A stretch of 64,000 nucleotides of DNA from a bacterium (GTDB lineage Bacteria; Patescibacteriota; Minisyncoccia; Phycocordibacterales; Phycocordibacteraceae), in NCBI GenBank assembly GCA_023269085.1, contig JAHFML010000001.1, positions 11,966 to 75,965 on the forward strand. Direction: 5' to 3'. The notes under the pieces were generated by a model, which was not told the DNA's origin, did not search any database, and saw only the letters and a program-made list of their open reading frames with translations. The position numbers and the translations under genes were made by a program. This document shows positions 35,926 through 46,230 of the stretch, in pieces; position 1 is the first letter of the stretch; the number at the start of each line of letters is the position of its first letter.

Positions 35926-36468
35926 TCAGCTTTTTTGGACGACTTTCACTATGAAAAAACGGTGCGCAAGGTAGTGTGTGCCATAGGCGATGGCGACGCC
36001 GAGGAGCGCGCCGCCGAGGATGTCAGAGGGATAGTGCACGCCGGCGATCACGCGGCTCACGGCCACGATCGTCGCGGCGACGAAGAAGCCGATGCCCCAC
36101 TTCTTATTATAGAGATAGACCGCCATCGCGAGCGCGAAGAAGAAGGTCGCGTGGCCCGAGGGGAATGACCACGACGACTCGCTCAAGAGCTGGTGCGCGT
36201 GGAGCGTGAGGAACGGCCGCGGTCGATGATAGAAGAAGCGGATGATCTCGACTGCGCCGAAGCGCGCGAGGAGGCCGGCGATGCCCGTGACTACCAGCAT
36301 CTCCCATTTCTCTCGTTTCGATTTATCCGAGAAGAATACGAGTACGAGAAGCGCGACGACGATCAGATACGGGAGATACGCGGCGAAGAATACGATACTG
36401 CTGTCAGCGAGGCGCGACTGCCCTGCGAGCAAATTCAATGCAAAGAAAAGTTGGGTGTCGAGAGTCAT
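35926..36468 (-). CDS. PAP2 family undecaprenyl-diphosphatase / PgpB-like phosphatase
   Basis: YHRPRPF (KxxxxxxRP), PSGHA, SRVIAGVHYPSD motifs. 180 aa. Confidence 0.75.
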   Translation of the reverse strand: MTLDTQLFFALNLLAGQSRLADSSIVFFAAYLPYLIVVALLVLVFFSDKSKREKWEMLVVTGIAGLLARFGAVEIIRFFYHRPRPFLTLHAHQLLSESSWSFPSGHATFFFALAMAVYLYNKKWGIGFFVAATIVAVSRVIAGVHYPSDILGGALLGVAIAYGTHYLAHRFFIVKVVQKS

Positions 36469-36498
36469 GCTTCATACTATATACTATCTCTACCCCTC

Positions 36499-38154
36499 AT
36501 GCCGCGCCCTACCCTCTCCTCACTTTTATCATTCGACTATATCGCCTTCCTCGCGATGGCTGTTGCGCTCTTGACCCACGAGTGGCTCGCGGGCGGCGTT
36601 GTCGCACTTATGTATGTGAGCGGCCACACGCTCGAACGCTATGCCTCGCGACGCGCTGAAGCTTCGCTCAAAGGGCTTCTCTCGCGCATACCGAAGACTG
36701 CGCTGGTGAAAGATGCCGCTAACAAGATTGTCGAGACGCCGCTCGCCGAGGTGACTGTCGGCGCGACGATCGTCGTGCGCGACGGCGAGCTCGTGCCGCT
36801 CGACGGCCTGCTCGCCTCGAGCGCCGCCACGCTCGACCTCGCGAACCTCACGGGCGAATCTATCCCTGAGTCGATCACGCAAGGCGCGGTCGTGAAGAGT
36901 GGCTCGGTGAATGTGGGCGAAGCCTTCGATCTCACGGTGTCGGGGACGCTCGCGACCTCGACCTATGCGCGCATCGTCGATCTCGTGCGCGAAGCGAAGA
37001 TGCACGAGCCGCCCTTCGTCCGCCTCGCGGCGAAGGCGAACGCTCCCTTCACCCTCATCACGCTCGTGCTCGCGGGTGGCGTCTATCTCGCGACCGGCGA
37101 CCTCACGCGCCTGCTCGCGGTGCTCGTCATCGCGACGCCCTGCCCGCTCCTCATCAGCGCGCCGGTCGCCTTCATCGGCGGGCTCTCGCGCGCCGCGAGC
37201 CGGAACATCATCGTGAAGACGCCCGCGACGCTCGAGGCGCTCGCGCGTGTCACGACTATCTTCTTCGATAAGACGGGGACGCTCACTATCGGCGCACCGC
37301 GTCTCGTCGATATCACGCTCATGGCCGATGGCGCGACCGAGCTCCAAGCGCTCTCGCACGCCGCGGCGCTCGAGTTCCATTCTATCCACCCGCTCGCACG
37401 CGCAGTGATCATAGCGGCACGCGCGCATCGCCTCACGCCGGCTCCCGCGCGCGAGGTCGTCGAGACGGTCGGCACGGGCATCATCGGTGTCGTCGACGGT
37501 TATCGCCTCTCGATCGAACAAGCACCCGCCGACGCGCGACGCGTCGGCGGTATCTCGCTCTTACTCAAGAAGGATGACACGCCCTTCGCGCTACTCCACT
37601 TCACCGACGAGCTCAAGGACCACGCGAAGGGCTTGCTCGCCCTGCTCGCCCGCCAAGGCTACACGATCGCGATACTCACGGGCGACCGCAAGGAGCACGC
37701 GCTCGCGATATTCGCCGGATCGCGGCTCACTATTCACGCCGGATGCACTCCCGAGGACAAATATCGCTATGTCGAGGAGGCGCGAGCACGCGGCGAAGTG
37801 GTCGCGATGGTCGGCGACGGGTTGAACGATGCGCCCGCACTCGCTTCGGCTGATGTCGGCATCGTCTTCTCGGGCACCGAGAACAGCGCCTCGATCGAGG
37901 CGGCTGATGTCGCGATACTCGGCCATGACGTCAGCACCTTGCACGAGCTCTTCGCGCTCGCACGCCGCTCGGTGCGTGTCGCGAACGAGAGCGTCTACAG
38001 CGGCATCAGCCTCTCGGTCATCGGCATGCTCGCCGCCGCGCTCGGCCATATCCCGCCGGTTACCGGCGCGATCCTGCAAGAAGGCATTGATGTCGTCGCT
38101 ATCACGAACGCACTCCGCGCGGCCTTCCGGCCGCGCGGAGAATCTGCGCTATAA
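36499..38154 (+). CDS. P-type ATPase, P1B-like (heavy-metal) core without an N-terminal metal-binding domain
   Basis: TPCPL (CPx-type), FDKTGTLT, MVGDGLNDAPAL motifs. Start taken at ATG 36499. The upstream ORF extension overlaps the PAP2 gene and was rejected. Confidence 0.75.
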   Translation: MPRPTLSSLLSFDYIAFLAMAVALLTHEWLAGGVVALMYVSGHTLERYASRRAEASLKGLLSRIPKTALVKDAANKIVETPLAEVTVGATIVVRDGELVPLDGLLASSAATLDLANLTGESIPESITQGAVVKSGSVNVGEAFDLTVSGTLATSTYARIVDLVREAKMHEPPFVRLAAKANAPFTLITLVLAGGVYLATGDLTRLLAVLVIATPCPLLISAPVAFIGGLSRAASRNIIVKTPATLEALARVTTIFFDKTGTLTIGAPRLVDITLMADGATELQALSHAAALEFHSIHPLARAVIIAARAHRLTPAPAREVVETVGTGIIGVVDGYRLSIEQAPADARRVGGISLLLKKDDTPFALLHFTDELKDHAKGLLALLARQGYTIAILTGDRKEHALAIFAGSRLTIHAGCTPEDKYRYVEEARARGEVVAMVGDGLNDAPALASADVGIVFSGTENSASIEAADVAILGHDVSTLHELFALARRSVRVANESVYSGISLSVIGMLAAALGHIPPVTGAILQEGIDVVAITNALRAAFRPRGESAL

Positions 38155-38163
38155 TCAGAATAT

Positions 38164-38862
38164 ATGAACGACCTCACCCCGAACGCCGGTAAAAAATTGA
38201 CCATCGAGACCTTGCAGGGAAGCTACGCGCGTCTGCCCGTGAAGACGCACACAATCACCGCCGACGACGACATAATTGCCGTCGCGAAGAAGTACGCCGC
38301 GCCCTATCTGCAAGCCGGTGATCAACTCTTCATGAGCGAGCGCATCGTCGCTATCAGCCAAGGCCGCGCCTATCCGATCAAAGATATTCATCCGTCATGG
38401 CTCGCGAAGCTCCTCGTGCGCTTCGTGCATAAGTCGCCCTACGGCATCGGACTCGGGAGCCCGTGGACCATGGAGCTCGCCCTGTGTGAGGCGGGCGCGC
38501 CGCGCATGCTCCTCGCTGCGGCCGCCTCGGCGCTCACCAAGCCCTTCGGCATGCGCGGCATTTTCTATAAAGTAGTCGGCAACAACATCAACGCCATCGA
38601 CGGCCCGTGCTCGTATACCCTCCCTCCTTACAACGAATATGCGAAACTCGGCCCCGCGAAGCCCGACAAGGTCGCGCGCGAGATCTCGGCGACCATCGGC
38701 TGCCCTGTCGTCATCATCGACGCGAACGATCTCGGCGTGGTCGTGCTCGGCAAGTCTGACGCGAGCATCTCAAGCGCTCTCTGCGGTGAAATATTCAAAG
38801 ATAATCCACTCGGACAATCTACCGAGCAGACGCCGCTGTGTATTGTGCGCAAGACAAGCTGA
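38164..38862 (+). CDS. CofE/F420-0:gamma-glutamyl ligase-like family protein (uncertain)
   Basis: Weak family resemblance. 232 aa. Confidence 0.35.
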   Translation: MNDLTPNAGKKLTIETLQGSYARLPVKTHTITADDDIIAVAKKYAAPYLQAGDQLFMSERIVAISQGRAYPIKDIHPSWLAKLLVRFVHKSPYGIGLGSPWTMELALCEAGAPRMLLAAAASALTKPFGMRGIFYKVVGNNINAIDGPCSYTLPPYNEYAKLGPAKPDKVAREISATIGCPVVIIDANDLGVVVLGKSDASISSALCGEIFKDNPLGQSTEQTPLCIVRKTS

Positions 38863-38894
38863 CCCTGATGCTATTATAAAGGAAATCTCTTGAT

Positions 38895-40322
38895 ATGAGC
38901 TTTCCTTTCATAGCGAATATCACCGCACTGCTCTTTTCGCTCTTTGTCGGCGGACTCTTGCTCGGCACGCTCTTCGCCCATATGAAGGGTCGTGACGTCA
39001 AAGCGAAGTTCTCAATCTCACCCGCGCCAAAGCCGCGATTGCAGAAGCTCCGTCGACGGTTCCGCATGCTCATGTTCGGCTGGGAGTTCCCGCCCTTCAA
39101 TAGCGGTGGGCTCGGCGTCGCCTGTCTCGGCCTCGTGCATGCGCTCGCCGAGAAGGATCTCGATATTACCTTCGTCATGCCGAAGCGGCTGCCCTCGGGC
39201 GTACCCTTCGCGAGAATGGTCTCGGCCGACATCGACGCGATGAAGTCGCTCGCTGGCATTGAGGGTGTCACTATCCACGCTATCAACTCGCCGGTCACGC
39301 CCTATCTCACGAACGAAACCTATCTCTATCAGGCGCAATATGCGGATGGTACGCCGGTCTATGGGAGCGACCTCGTGAGCGAGGCGCGGCGCTACGCCTA
39401 CCTCGGCGGCCGCCTCGCCGCCGAAGAGCCGCACGACATCATCTACGCGCACGACTGGCTCACCTTCGGCGCGGGCCGCGAAGCGAAACGCGTCTCGGGG
39501 AAGCCGCTCGCGGTGCAGGTGCATTCGACCGAATTTGATCGCGCCGGCGGCGAGAATATCGACCAGCGCATCTACGATCTCGAGCGCGCTGGCATGCACG
39601 CCGCTGATAAGATCGTTACGGTCTCTAATCGAACGAGGCAGATCGTCGCCGAGCGCTACGGCGTCGCGATGCACAAGATACACACGGTCTGGAACGGCAT
39701 CGACGACCTCACCGCGCCGACCGCCAGCCCGACAATGACTACAGCGCGTCTCGCCGCGCTCAAAGCGGCTGGCTACAAGATCGTTCTCTTCATGGGCCGC
39801 ATCACGATTCAGAAGGGCCCTGATTATTTCGTCCGCGCCGCGCGACGAGTTCTCGACCGCGATCCGAATGTCCTCTTCATCCTCGCGGGCTCGGGCGATA
39901 TGGAACGCCAGATGATGCATCTCGCCGCATCGCTCGACATCGCCGACAAGATGCTCTTCCCCGGCTTCCTCCGCGGCCACGACCAGTACGAGGCCTACAA
40001 GCTCGCAGACCTCTTCGTGATGCCCTCCGTCTCTGAGCCTTTCGGTCTCACCGCACTCGAGGCGATGCGCCTCGGCACGCCCGTCATCGTCTCGAAGCAG
40101 TCCGGCGTCGCCGAGGCTATCAGCCAAGACCTGCAGGTCGACTTCTGGGACGTCGATCGGATGTCCGAGCTTATGATTTCTATTCTTGAATCTCCCACCA
40201 TTCACGCTGGGGCAGTGAAGCGCGGTCAGAACGAGGCGGCGGCGCTCACGTGGGAGCGTGCGGCCGAGAATATCCGTGAGAACATCGTCGACCTGCTTCT
40301 CCCCGCCCATTCTTTCGCATGA
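38895..40322 (+). CDS. GT4-family glycosyltransferase, glycogen/alpha-glucan synthase-like
   Basis: WEFPPFNSGGLGV N-terminal motif and a C-terminal EPFGLTALEAMRLGTPVIVSKQSGVAE (EX7E). The start may be the internal M at about 39064. Confidence 0.65.
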   Translation: MSFPFIANITALLFSLFVGGLLLGTLFAHMKGRDVKAKFSISPAPKPRLQKLRRRFRMLMFGWEFPPFNSGGLGVACLGLVHALAEKDLDITFVMPKRLPSGVPFARMVSADIDAMKSLAGIEGVTIHAINSPVTPYLTNETYLYQAQYADGTPVYGSDLVSEARRYAYLGGRLAAEEPHDIIYAHDWLTFGAGREAKRVSGKPLAVQVHSTEFDRAGGENIDQRIYDLERAGMHAADKIVTVSNRTRQIVAERYGVAMHKIHTVWNGIDDLTAPTASPTMTTARLAALKAAGYKIVLFMGRITIQKGPDYFVRAARRVLDRDPNVLFILAGSGDMERQMMHLAASLDIADKMLFPGFLRGHDQYEAYKLADLFVMPSVSEPFGLTALEAMRLGTPVIVSKQSGVAEAISQDLQVDFWDVDRMSELMISILESPTIHAGAVKRGQNEAAALTWERAAENIRENIVDLLLPAHSFA

Positions 40323-41512
40323 AATCCATCTGCCTTTATCTCCAGATCCATCAACCCTATCGCGTGAAGCGTTATGGGCTCTTCGACATCGGCCACGATC
40401 ATGACTACTTCAACGACGCAGGCGAGGGCGACTTGAACAACAGCCGCATCCTGCGCAAGGTCGCGGGCAAGTCCTATCGCCCGACCGCTGAGCTCCTGCT
40501 CGCGCTCCTCGAACGCCACCACGAGTTCAAAGTGTCACTCTCCTTCTCCGGCATCGTGCTCGAGCAGCTCGCCCTTGACGCGCCCGAGGTGCTCGACCTC
40601 TTCAAGCGCATGGCCGCGACCGGCCGCGTCGAGATCCTCGCCGAGACGTATTACCACTCGCTCGCATTCTTCTATTCACGCGCCGAGTTCGAACGCCAAG
40701 TCGAGAAGCACGCGGATCTCGTGAAGCGACTCTTCGGCGTAACCCCGCGCGTCTTCCGCAATACCGAGCTCTCCTACCGCAACGATCTCGGCCTCTGGGC
40801 CGACGAGCAGGGCTACGCGGGCATCATCACCGAGGGCTGGGACCCGGTCTTGGGCTGGCGCAGCCCCAACTATGTCTATCGCCCGCGCGGCGCCAAGGGC
40901 GCGCGTCTTCTCCTTAAGAATTATCGCCTCTCCGACGACGTCGCCTTCCGCTTCTCCTCGCGCTCATGGGCCGGCTGGCCACTCACCACCGAGAAGTTCG
41001 GCCAATGGGTCGCCGAGGCCGAGGGTGACACGGTCAACCTCTTCATGGACTACGAGACCTTCGGCGAACATCAGTGGGAGGACACCGGCATCTTCAACTT
41101 CCTCGAGCACTTGCCTGCTGAATTACTCAAGAACCAAGGTCTCGATTTCAAAACCCCATCCGAAGTCATTGCTTCTTACGAGGCACGGGACGAGGTCGAC
41201 GTGCCGCACACCCTCACCTGGGCCGACACCGACCGCGACCTCACCGCATGGGTCGGCAACGATCTCCAGCGTTCGGCTATCGACGCGGTGTATCGGCTCG
41301 AGCCGGCTGTTCTCGCATCGGGAGATGTCGGTATTACTGAAGATTGGCGACGTCTCCAGACCTCTGATCACTTCTATTATATGTGTACCAAGTGGTTCGC
41401 CGACGGCGACGTTCACGCCTACTTCTCGCCCTACGCGTCGCCCTATGACGCCTTCAACGCCTACATGCACGCCTACAAAGATCTCGAATGGCGTCTGCGC
41501 ACGGCGCCCTGA
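40319..41512 (+). CDS. Glycoside hydrolase family 57-like protein (alpha-glucan branching/amylase type)
   Basis: N-terminal LYLQIHQPYR pattern typical of GH57. Co-located with other glucan genes. Confidence 0.5.
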   Translation: MKSICLYLQIHQPYRVKRYGLFDIGHDHDYFNDAGEGDLNNSRILRKVAGKSYRPTAELLLALLERHHEFKVSLSFSGIVLEQLALDAPEVLDLFKRMAATGRVEILAETYYHSLAFFYSRAEFERQVEKHADLVKRLFGVTPRVFRNTELSYRNDLGLWADEQGYAGIITEGWDPVLGWRSPNYVYRPRGAKGARLLLKNYRLSDDVAFRFSSRSWAGWPLTTEKFGQWVAEAEGDTVNLFMDYETFGEHQWEDTGIFNFLEHLPAELLKNQGLDFKTPSEVIASYEARDEVDVPHTLTWADTDRDLTAWVGNDLQRSAIDAVYRLEPAVLASGDVGITEDWRRLQTSDHFYYMCTKWFADGDVHAYFSPYASPYDAFNAYMHAYKDLEWRLRTAP

Positions 41513-41517
41513 TTATC

Positions 41518-43482
41518 ATGCGCTCCCTCGTCCTCGGCAACGGCTCGCTCCTCGTCACGCTCGATTCGAGAGGCGAGGTGCGCGACCTCTACTTCCCCAA
41601 CATCGGTCTTGAGAATCATGTCGGCGGGAGCCTGCGCCACCGCATCGGCGTCTATGTCGACGGCGCGCTCTCCTGGCTCTCAGACGAGCCGCGCTGGGAA
41701 ATCGAGGTTGGCTGTGAAGAAGATTCGCTCGAGAGCCGCATCAGGGCGTCGAATCCGGCGCTCGAGGTTAGCCTCGACTTCAGAGATGTCGTCTACAACG
41801 AGAGCGACATCTTTCTCCGCCACGTTGTCGTCACCAATCTCGCCACGCGCGAGCGCGAGATAAAAATATATTTCGGACACGAATTCGAAATTCATCGCTC
41901 CGTCGGCGGCGACACCGCCTACTTCGACCCTGAGTCGGGCACTATCATTCACTACAAAGGCAAGCGCGTCTTCCTCGTCAATGGGACCTGCGACCAAGAG
42001 CGCTTTTCTGATTATGCGGTCGGCTTCCTCCACTCTGAAGGCCGGCAGGGCACCTACCGCGACGCCGAAGATGGCGCGCTCTCCAAGAATCCTATCGAGC
42101 ATGGCCTCGTCGATTCGGTCATCGGCTTCTATCATCATTACGGCCCGGGCGCCGAGAAAACGATCCACTACTGGCTCGCGGCGAGCGACTCGATCGCGCG
42201 CGCGCACGAGCTCGACGCCTACGTCTTGCGCAAGACGCCGGAGCACTTGCTCAAGACCGCCGGCAACTATTGGCGCGCATGGGTCAACAAATATCCGTGG
42301 AGCTTCTACGGTATGTCGCGAGAGATGATCGTGCTCTTCAAGCGCTCGCTCATGTTCATGCGCGCGCACGTCGACAACGGCGGCGGCATCATCGCCTCTT
42401 CTGACGCCGAGATTCTCCAGTATGGCGAAGACACCTACGCCTATGTCTGGCCGCGCGACGCCTCCTATGCGGCGCTCGCGCTCGATCACGCGGGCGATGT
42501 CAACGTCGCCGAACGCTTCTTCAATTTCTGCAATGCCGTCATCAGCAAAGACGGCTACTTCATGCACAAATATCTGCCCGACCAGTCGCTCGGCTCCTCC
42601 TGGCACCCGTGGATCCGGAACGGCGAGCTCCAGCTCCCTATCCAAGAAGACGAGACCGCGCTCGTCATCTGGTCGCTCGCGAAGCATTATGAGCACAGCC
42701 GCGACCTCGAGTTCATCGAGCGGCTTTATAATTCGCTCATCGAGAAAGGCGCGAATTTCATGGCGGCGTATCGCGACCCGACGACTGGCCTGCCGAAGCC
42801 GTCCTACGATTTGTGGGAGGAGCGGCACGGCGTCTCGACCTATACCGCCGCCGCCGTCTTCGGCGCGCTCTCTGCTGCGGCTGATATCGCGAAGATGCTG
42901 GGCAAAGAGGACCGCGAGCAATTCTATCGTGCGACCGCGGGTGAAGTCCGCGAGGGCATCTTGAAGCATCTCGTCGGCGGCGAGTGCGGCTTCGTGAAGA
43001 TGCTCGAGACGAGCGGCGCGACGGCGGTCTGTAATCAGACCGCCGACATGTCGAGCGCGTACGGGCTCTTCTCCTTCGGAGTACTCGCGCCTGACGATCC
43101 GCGGCTCACGAGCGCCTTCGCCGATACCGTCGCGAAGCTCAGCGTGCAAGGCGGCATCGGGCGCTATGAGCACGATCGCTACTATGCAGTGAGCGATGTC
43201 GGCAATCCATGGTTCATCTGCACGCTCTGGCAGGCGGAATATCTGATTGCCCGCGCGAAGAGCGAGGAGGACCTCGCACCAGTCTTGGCGATATTCGACT
43301 GGGTCACCAAGCGCGCGCTCCCCTCCGGCGTGCTCTCTGAGCAGATCCGTGCGACCGACGGCGCGCCCTGCTCGGTCGCGCCCCTCATGTGGAGCCACGC
43401 GGGCTATGTGAACGCCGTCTTGCAATATCTCGACAAACTCGCCGAGCTCGGCGTCTGCCCGAACTGCAATCCCGCGCCATAA
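41518..43482 (+). CDS. Glycoside hydrolase family 15 (glucoamylase/glucodextranase-like)
   Basis: N-terminal beta-sandwich plus (alpha/alpha)6 catalytic domain with WPRDASY. 655 aa. Confidence 0.75.
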   Translation: MRSLVLGNGSLLVTLDSRGEVRDLYFPNIGLENHVGGSLRHRIGVYVDGALSWLSDEPRWEIEVGCEEDSLESRIRASNPALEVSLDFRDVVYNESDIFLRHVVVTNLATREREIKIYFGHEFEIHRSVGGDTAYFDPESGTIIHYKGKRVFLVNGTCDQERFSDYAVGFLHSEGRQGTYRDAEDGALSKNPIEHGLVDSVIGFYHHYGPGAEKTIHYWLAASDSIARAHELDAYVLRKTPEHLLKTAGNYWRAWVNKYPWSFYGMSREMIVLFKRSLMFMRAHVDNGGGIIASSDAEILQYGEDTYAYVWPRDASYAALALDHAGDVNVAERFFNFCNAVISKDGYFMHKYLPDQSLGSSWHPWIRNGELQLPIQEDETALVIWSLAKHYEHSRDLEFIERLYNSLIEKGANFMAAYRDPTTGLPKPSYDLWEERHGVSTYTAAAVFGALSAAADIAKMLGKEDREQFYRATAGEVREGILKHLVGGECGFVKMLETSGATAVCNQTADMSSAYGLFSFGVLAPDDPRLTSAFADTVAKLSVQGGIGRYEHDRYYAVSDVGNPWFICTLWQAEYLIARAKSEEDLAPVLAIFDWVTKRALPSGVLSEQIRATDGAPCSVAPLMWSHAGYVNAVLQYLDKLAELGVCPNCNPAP

Positions 43483-43499
43483 GCGCTATACTGTTTGAT

Positions 43500-44477
43500 A
43501 TGGAAGACCAGATTCTGAATTTCAATACTCAATTCGCGTGGGAGCCGGAGATAGAGAACGAGGGACGATTGCCCGAGACTTTTTCGCACCTGATCGTCTG
43601 CGGGATGGGCGGCTCGCACCTCGGCGCGCGACTGCTCATGGGCGCTGACTCGACGCTCCCGCTCACCATCCACAGCGACTACGGCCTCCCGCGCGAGCCG
43701 GATGAGCGCTTGCAGAGCGCCCTCATCGTCGCGAGCTCCTATTCGGGCGAGACCGAAGAGACGCTCGATGCGGCGCGCGCCGCCGCGGCGCGCGGTCTCT
43801 CGGTCGCCTGTGTCACGACCGGCGGTGCGCTCGCCGCGCTTGCCCGCGAACAAAACTTGCCGTTCATTCTTATACCGAAAGATGGTATCGAGCCGCGCAT
43901 GGCGGTTGGCGCGTCGATGCTCGCGCTCGCACGGCTCCTGCGTAATGCCGATCTCGAGCGCGCGATTCGCGAGGCTGGTACGCGCGTCGATGTGATGGCC
44001 GGAAAAGAAGTCGGCGCCAATCTCGCGCGGAGCATCGCCGAGCGCATCCCCGTCGTCTATGCCTCGACAGCGAACGCTGGCCTCGCCTACTTCTTGAAGA
44101 TTGCGCTCAACGAGACCGGCAAGCTCCCCGCCTTCTCTAATCTCTTCCCCGAGCTCTGCCACAACGAGCTCTCGGGCTTCGACACCACGCCGCTCGCGCG
44201 CCCGCTCGCCGAACATCTCCACGCTATCATCCTCGCCGACCCGAGCGACCACCCGCGCATAGGGAAGCGCCAACAGATCGTGCGCGCGATGCTCGAAGAG
44301 CGCGGCGTCACCGTGTCGGTCATCGAAATCGCGGGAGCGATGCCACTCGACAAGGCGTTCTCAACTATTCTCACCGGCGTCTGGGCCGCCATCGCGCTCG
44401 CCGCGCGCTATCAGGTGCCCGACGACGCCGCGACGCCGATTATCGCGGACTTCAAAGCGAAGATGCTCGAATCATGA
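43500..44477 (+). CDS. Bifunctional phosphoglucose/phosphomannose isomerase (SIS-domain, PGI/PMI type)
   Basis: VCGMGGSHLGARLL SIS motif. 325 aa from MEDQILNF. Confidence 0.65.
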   Translation: MEDQILNFNTQFAWEPEIENEGRLPETFSHLIVCGMGGSHLGARLLMGADSTLPLTIHSDYGLPREPDERLQSALIVASSYSGETEETLDAARAAAARGLSVACVTTGGALAALAREQNLPFILIPKDGIEPRMAVGASMLALARLLRNADLERAIREAGTRVDVMAGKEVGANLARSIAERIPVVYASTANAGLAYFLKIALNETGKLPAFSNLFPELCHNELSGFDTTPLARPLAEHLHAIILADPSDHPRIGKRQQIVRAMLEERGVTVSVIEIAGAMPLDKAFSTILTGVWAAIALAARYQVPDDAATPIIADFKAKMLES

Positions 44478-45283
44478 TTATCGTTGCTGACATTGGCGGG
44501 ACCCACCTGCGCATCGCGGCGAGCGACACGCCTGACACGTTCGAAGAGCCGGTCGTCGTCGACACGCCGGTCGCCTTCGATGAGGGTGTTGCGGCCTTTG
44601 CCGCAGCCGTACGCACCGCCGCCAAAGATCGCCCCGTTACTGGCGCGGTCGCTGGCATCGCGGGAGTCTTTTCGCGTGATCGTCACATGCTCCTCATCTC
44701 TCCGCACTTGCCCGAATGGTGCGGCCGCGATATTGCAGGCGCCTTCAGCGCGGCTATCAGCGCACCGGTCGAGGTCGAGAACGATGTCGTGCTCGGCGCT
44801 CTTGGCGAAGCGCATCACGGCGCTGGTAGGGGTGCCGCGATTGTCGTCTATGTCGCGGTCGGCACCGGCGTGGGCGGCGCACGCGTCTCTCACGGCGCCG
44901 TTGAGCCTGCGACCTTCGGCTTCGAGATCGGTCACCAGCTCCTCGGCACGGGCGAGGGCGCACCCGAGTGGGAGTCGCTGATCTCGGGCACTGGGATCGA
45001 GAATCGTTATAACGCGCCCGCCGCCGAGATCACCGATCCGGCCGTGTGGGAGCGGTGCGCTGACGATTTCGCCTATGGGCTCTACAACACGCTTCTGCAT
45101 TGGTCGCCCGAGCGTGTCGTCCTCGGTGGGTCGGCCTTCAAAGGCACCGCTGCAATCCCGCTCGAACGCGTCCGCACGACGCTTGGCGCTATCAATCAAT
45201 ACCTGCCCGAGCTGCCCGAGCTCTGTCTTGCCGAGCTCGACTACCCCGGCCTCTACGGCGCCCTCGTCAGGAGCGCCTCCTAA
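44474..45283 (+). CDS. ROK-family glucokinase
   Basis: MIIVADIGGTHLRIA ATP-binding N-terminus. EIGHQ motif. Confidence 0.7.
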   Translation: MIIVADIGGTHLRIAASDTPDTFEEPVVVDTPVAFDEGVAAFAAAVRTAAKDRPVTGAVAGIAGVFSRDRHMLLISPHLPEWCGRDIAGAFSAAISAPVEVENDVVLGALGEAHHGAGRGAAIVVYVAVGTGVGGARVSHGAVEPATFGFEIGHQLLGTGEGAPEWESLISGTGIENRYNAPAAEITDPAVWERCADDFAYGLYNTLLHWSPERVVLGGSAFKGTAAIPLERVRTTLGAINQYLPELPELCLAELDYPGLYGALVRSAS

Positions 45284-45286
45284 GCG

Positions 45287-45311
45287 CGGGTGGACACCTA
45301 GTGTCCACCCG
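45287..45311. repeat. REP-like palindrome, copy 2 (cgggtggacacctagtgtccacccg)
   Basis: Identical core. Lies immediately after the ROK stop and before the terminator hairpin. Confidence 0.85.
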
Positions 45312-45319
45312 TTAGGCAT

Positions 45320-45344
45320 AAAAAAGAGCCACCGAAGTGGCTCT
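45320..45344 (-). terminator. Rho-independent terminator for the minus-strand gene 45369-46010 (agagccac-cgaa-gtggctct, U-run on the minus transcript)
   Basis: Stem-loop flanked by A5 on plus, which is U5 on the minus strand. Confidence 0.6.
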
Positions 45345-45368
45345 TGAAGGCGGCGAGACTTGGTAGCC

Positions 45369-46010
45369 CTAGCTGTCGATACTTTTCTGCGCTTGGGCGA
45401 ACAGGGCGCGTTGTTCAATGGGAAGATCGAGGTCATCCTTTGCCACGCGGAGCGCGGCGTTGAATGCTGCTCGTGCGGTCAGGACATTTCTTGCTGTCCT
45501 GATGACAGCCTCCTCCGATATCGCAATATTCAGACGCTTTTTCAGAAACTCGGCTTCGGCACGCAACACGGCATTGGCGAGACCAACGAGCACCATCTCG
45601 ACGAATGCCACATTGCACAACCAATTTTTGTCGTCTTGGCTGGAATAAAGCACCTCGACCTTCTGGCGGAACTCTTCGAGTTGTCCACTGACAACGGCAA
45701 ATTGATCACTAAACTTCATAGAGCGCAATATCGCGAAGGAAGATATTGCCACTACGACACACCCCATGATTACGAGAAGTATTGGACTTAACTGCTTACA
45801 TTTGGGAGCAATAACCACAGTCAAAACAAAGATATTTAGAAGAAGGAAACCGAAACCAAGGAAATACCAGAATTTCTTTCCTTCTTGCAGAAGATCAAGT
45901 TGTGTAGCCTTCTCCTTCAGCGAACCAACCTCGGGATGCCGGCGTTCGTAGCCGGCGATGAGATCGTCATGGACATGCTCGATGAGAGCACTGATGTCTT
46001 TCGTTTTCAT
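45369..46010 (-). CDS. Hypothetical membrane protein
   Basis: ORF with two TM helices. Confidence 0.4.
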   Translation of the reverse strand: MKTKDISALIEHVHDDLIAGYERRHPEVGSLKEKATQLDLLQEGKKFWYFLGFGFLLLNIFVLTVVIAPKCKQLSPILLVIMGCVVVAISSFAILRSMKFSDQFAVVSGQLEEFRQKVEVLYSSQDDKNWLCNVAFVEMVLVGLANAVLRAEAEFLKKRLNIAISEEAVIRTARNVLTARAAFNAALRVAKDDLDLPIEQRALFAQAQKSIDS

Positions 46011-46173
46011 TTCGAACCCCTTTTCAAGGTGCCTTTGGCGGCCACGGTCTTTCGGACACGCTTGCGAGCTTTCGACCCGCGAGCGTAGGGCCTCTCGGCC
46101 GTCGTGTAGCCCAAAATAGCCCAGGCGACTATTCCGTGCATATTAGAGCACTTACCTACTATTTATGCAAGAG

Positions 46174-46223
46174 CACCCTGCGGGTGGACACCGGGTGGAC
46201 ACCTAGTGTCCACCCGCAGGGTG
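46174..46223. repeat. REP-like element, copy 3: extended 18-bp hairpin caccctgcgggtggacac...gtgtccacccgcagggtg with a duplicated left half-site
   Basis: Seen directly. Lies 8 nt upstream of the transposase-like gene. Confidence 0.85.
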
Positions 46224-46230
46224 TATACTG

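Noticed and set aside
36193-36498. The N-terminal 102 codons of the track ORF for the P-type ATPase
   Set aside because: This segment overlaps the convergent PAP2 gene and its translation is Glu/Arg-rich junk. The ATPase hydrophobic N-terminus begins at ATG 36499.
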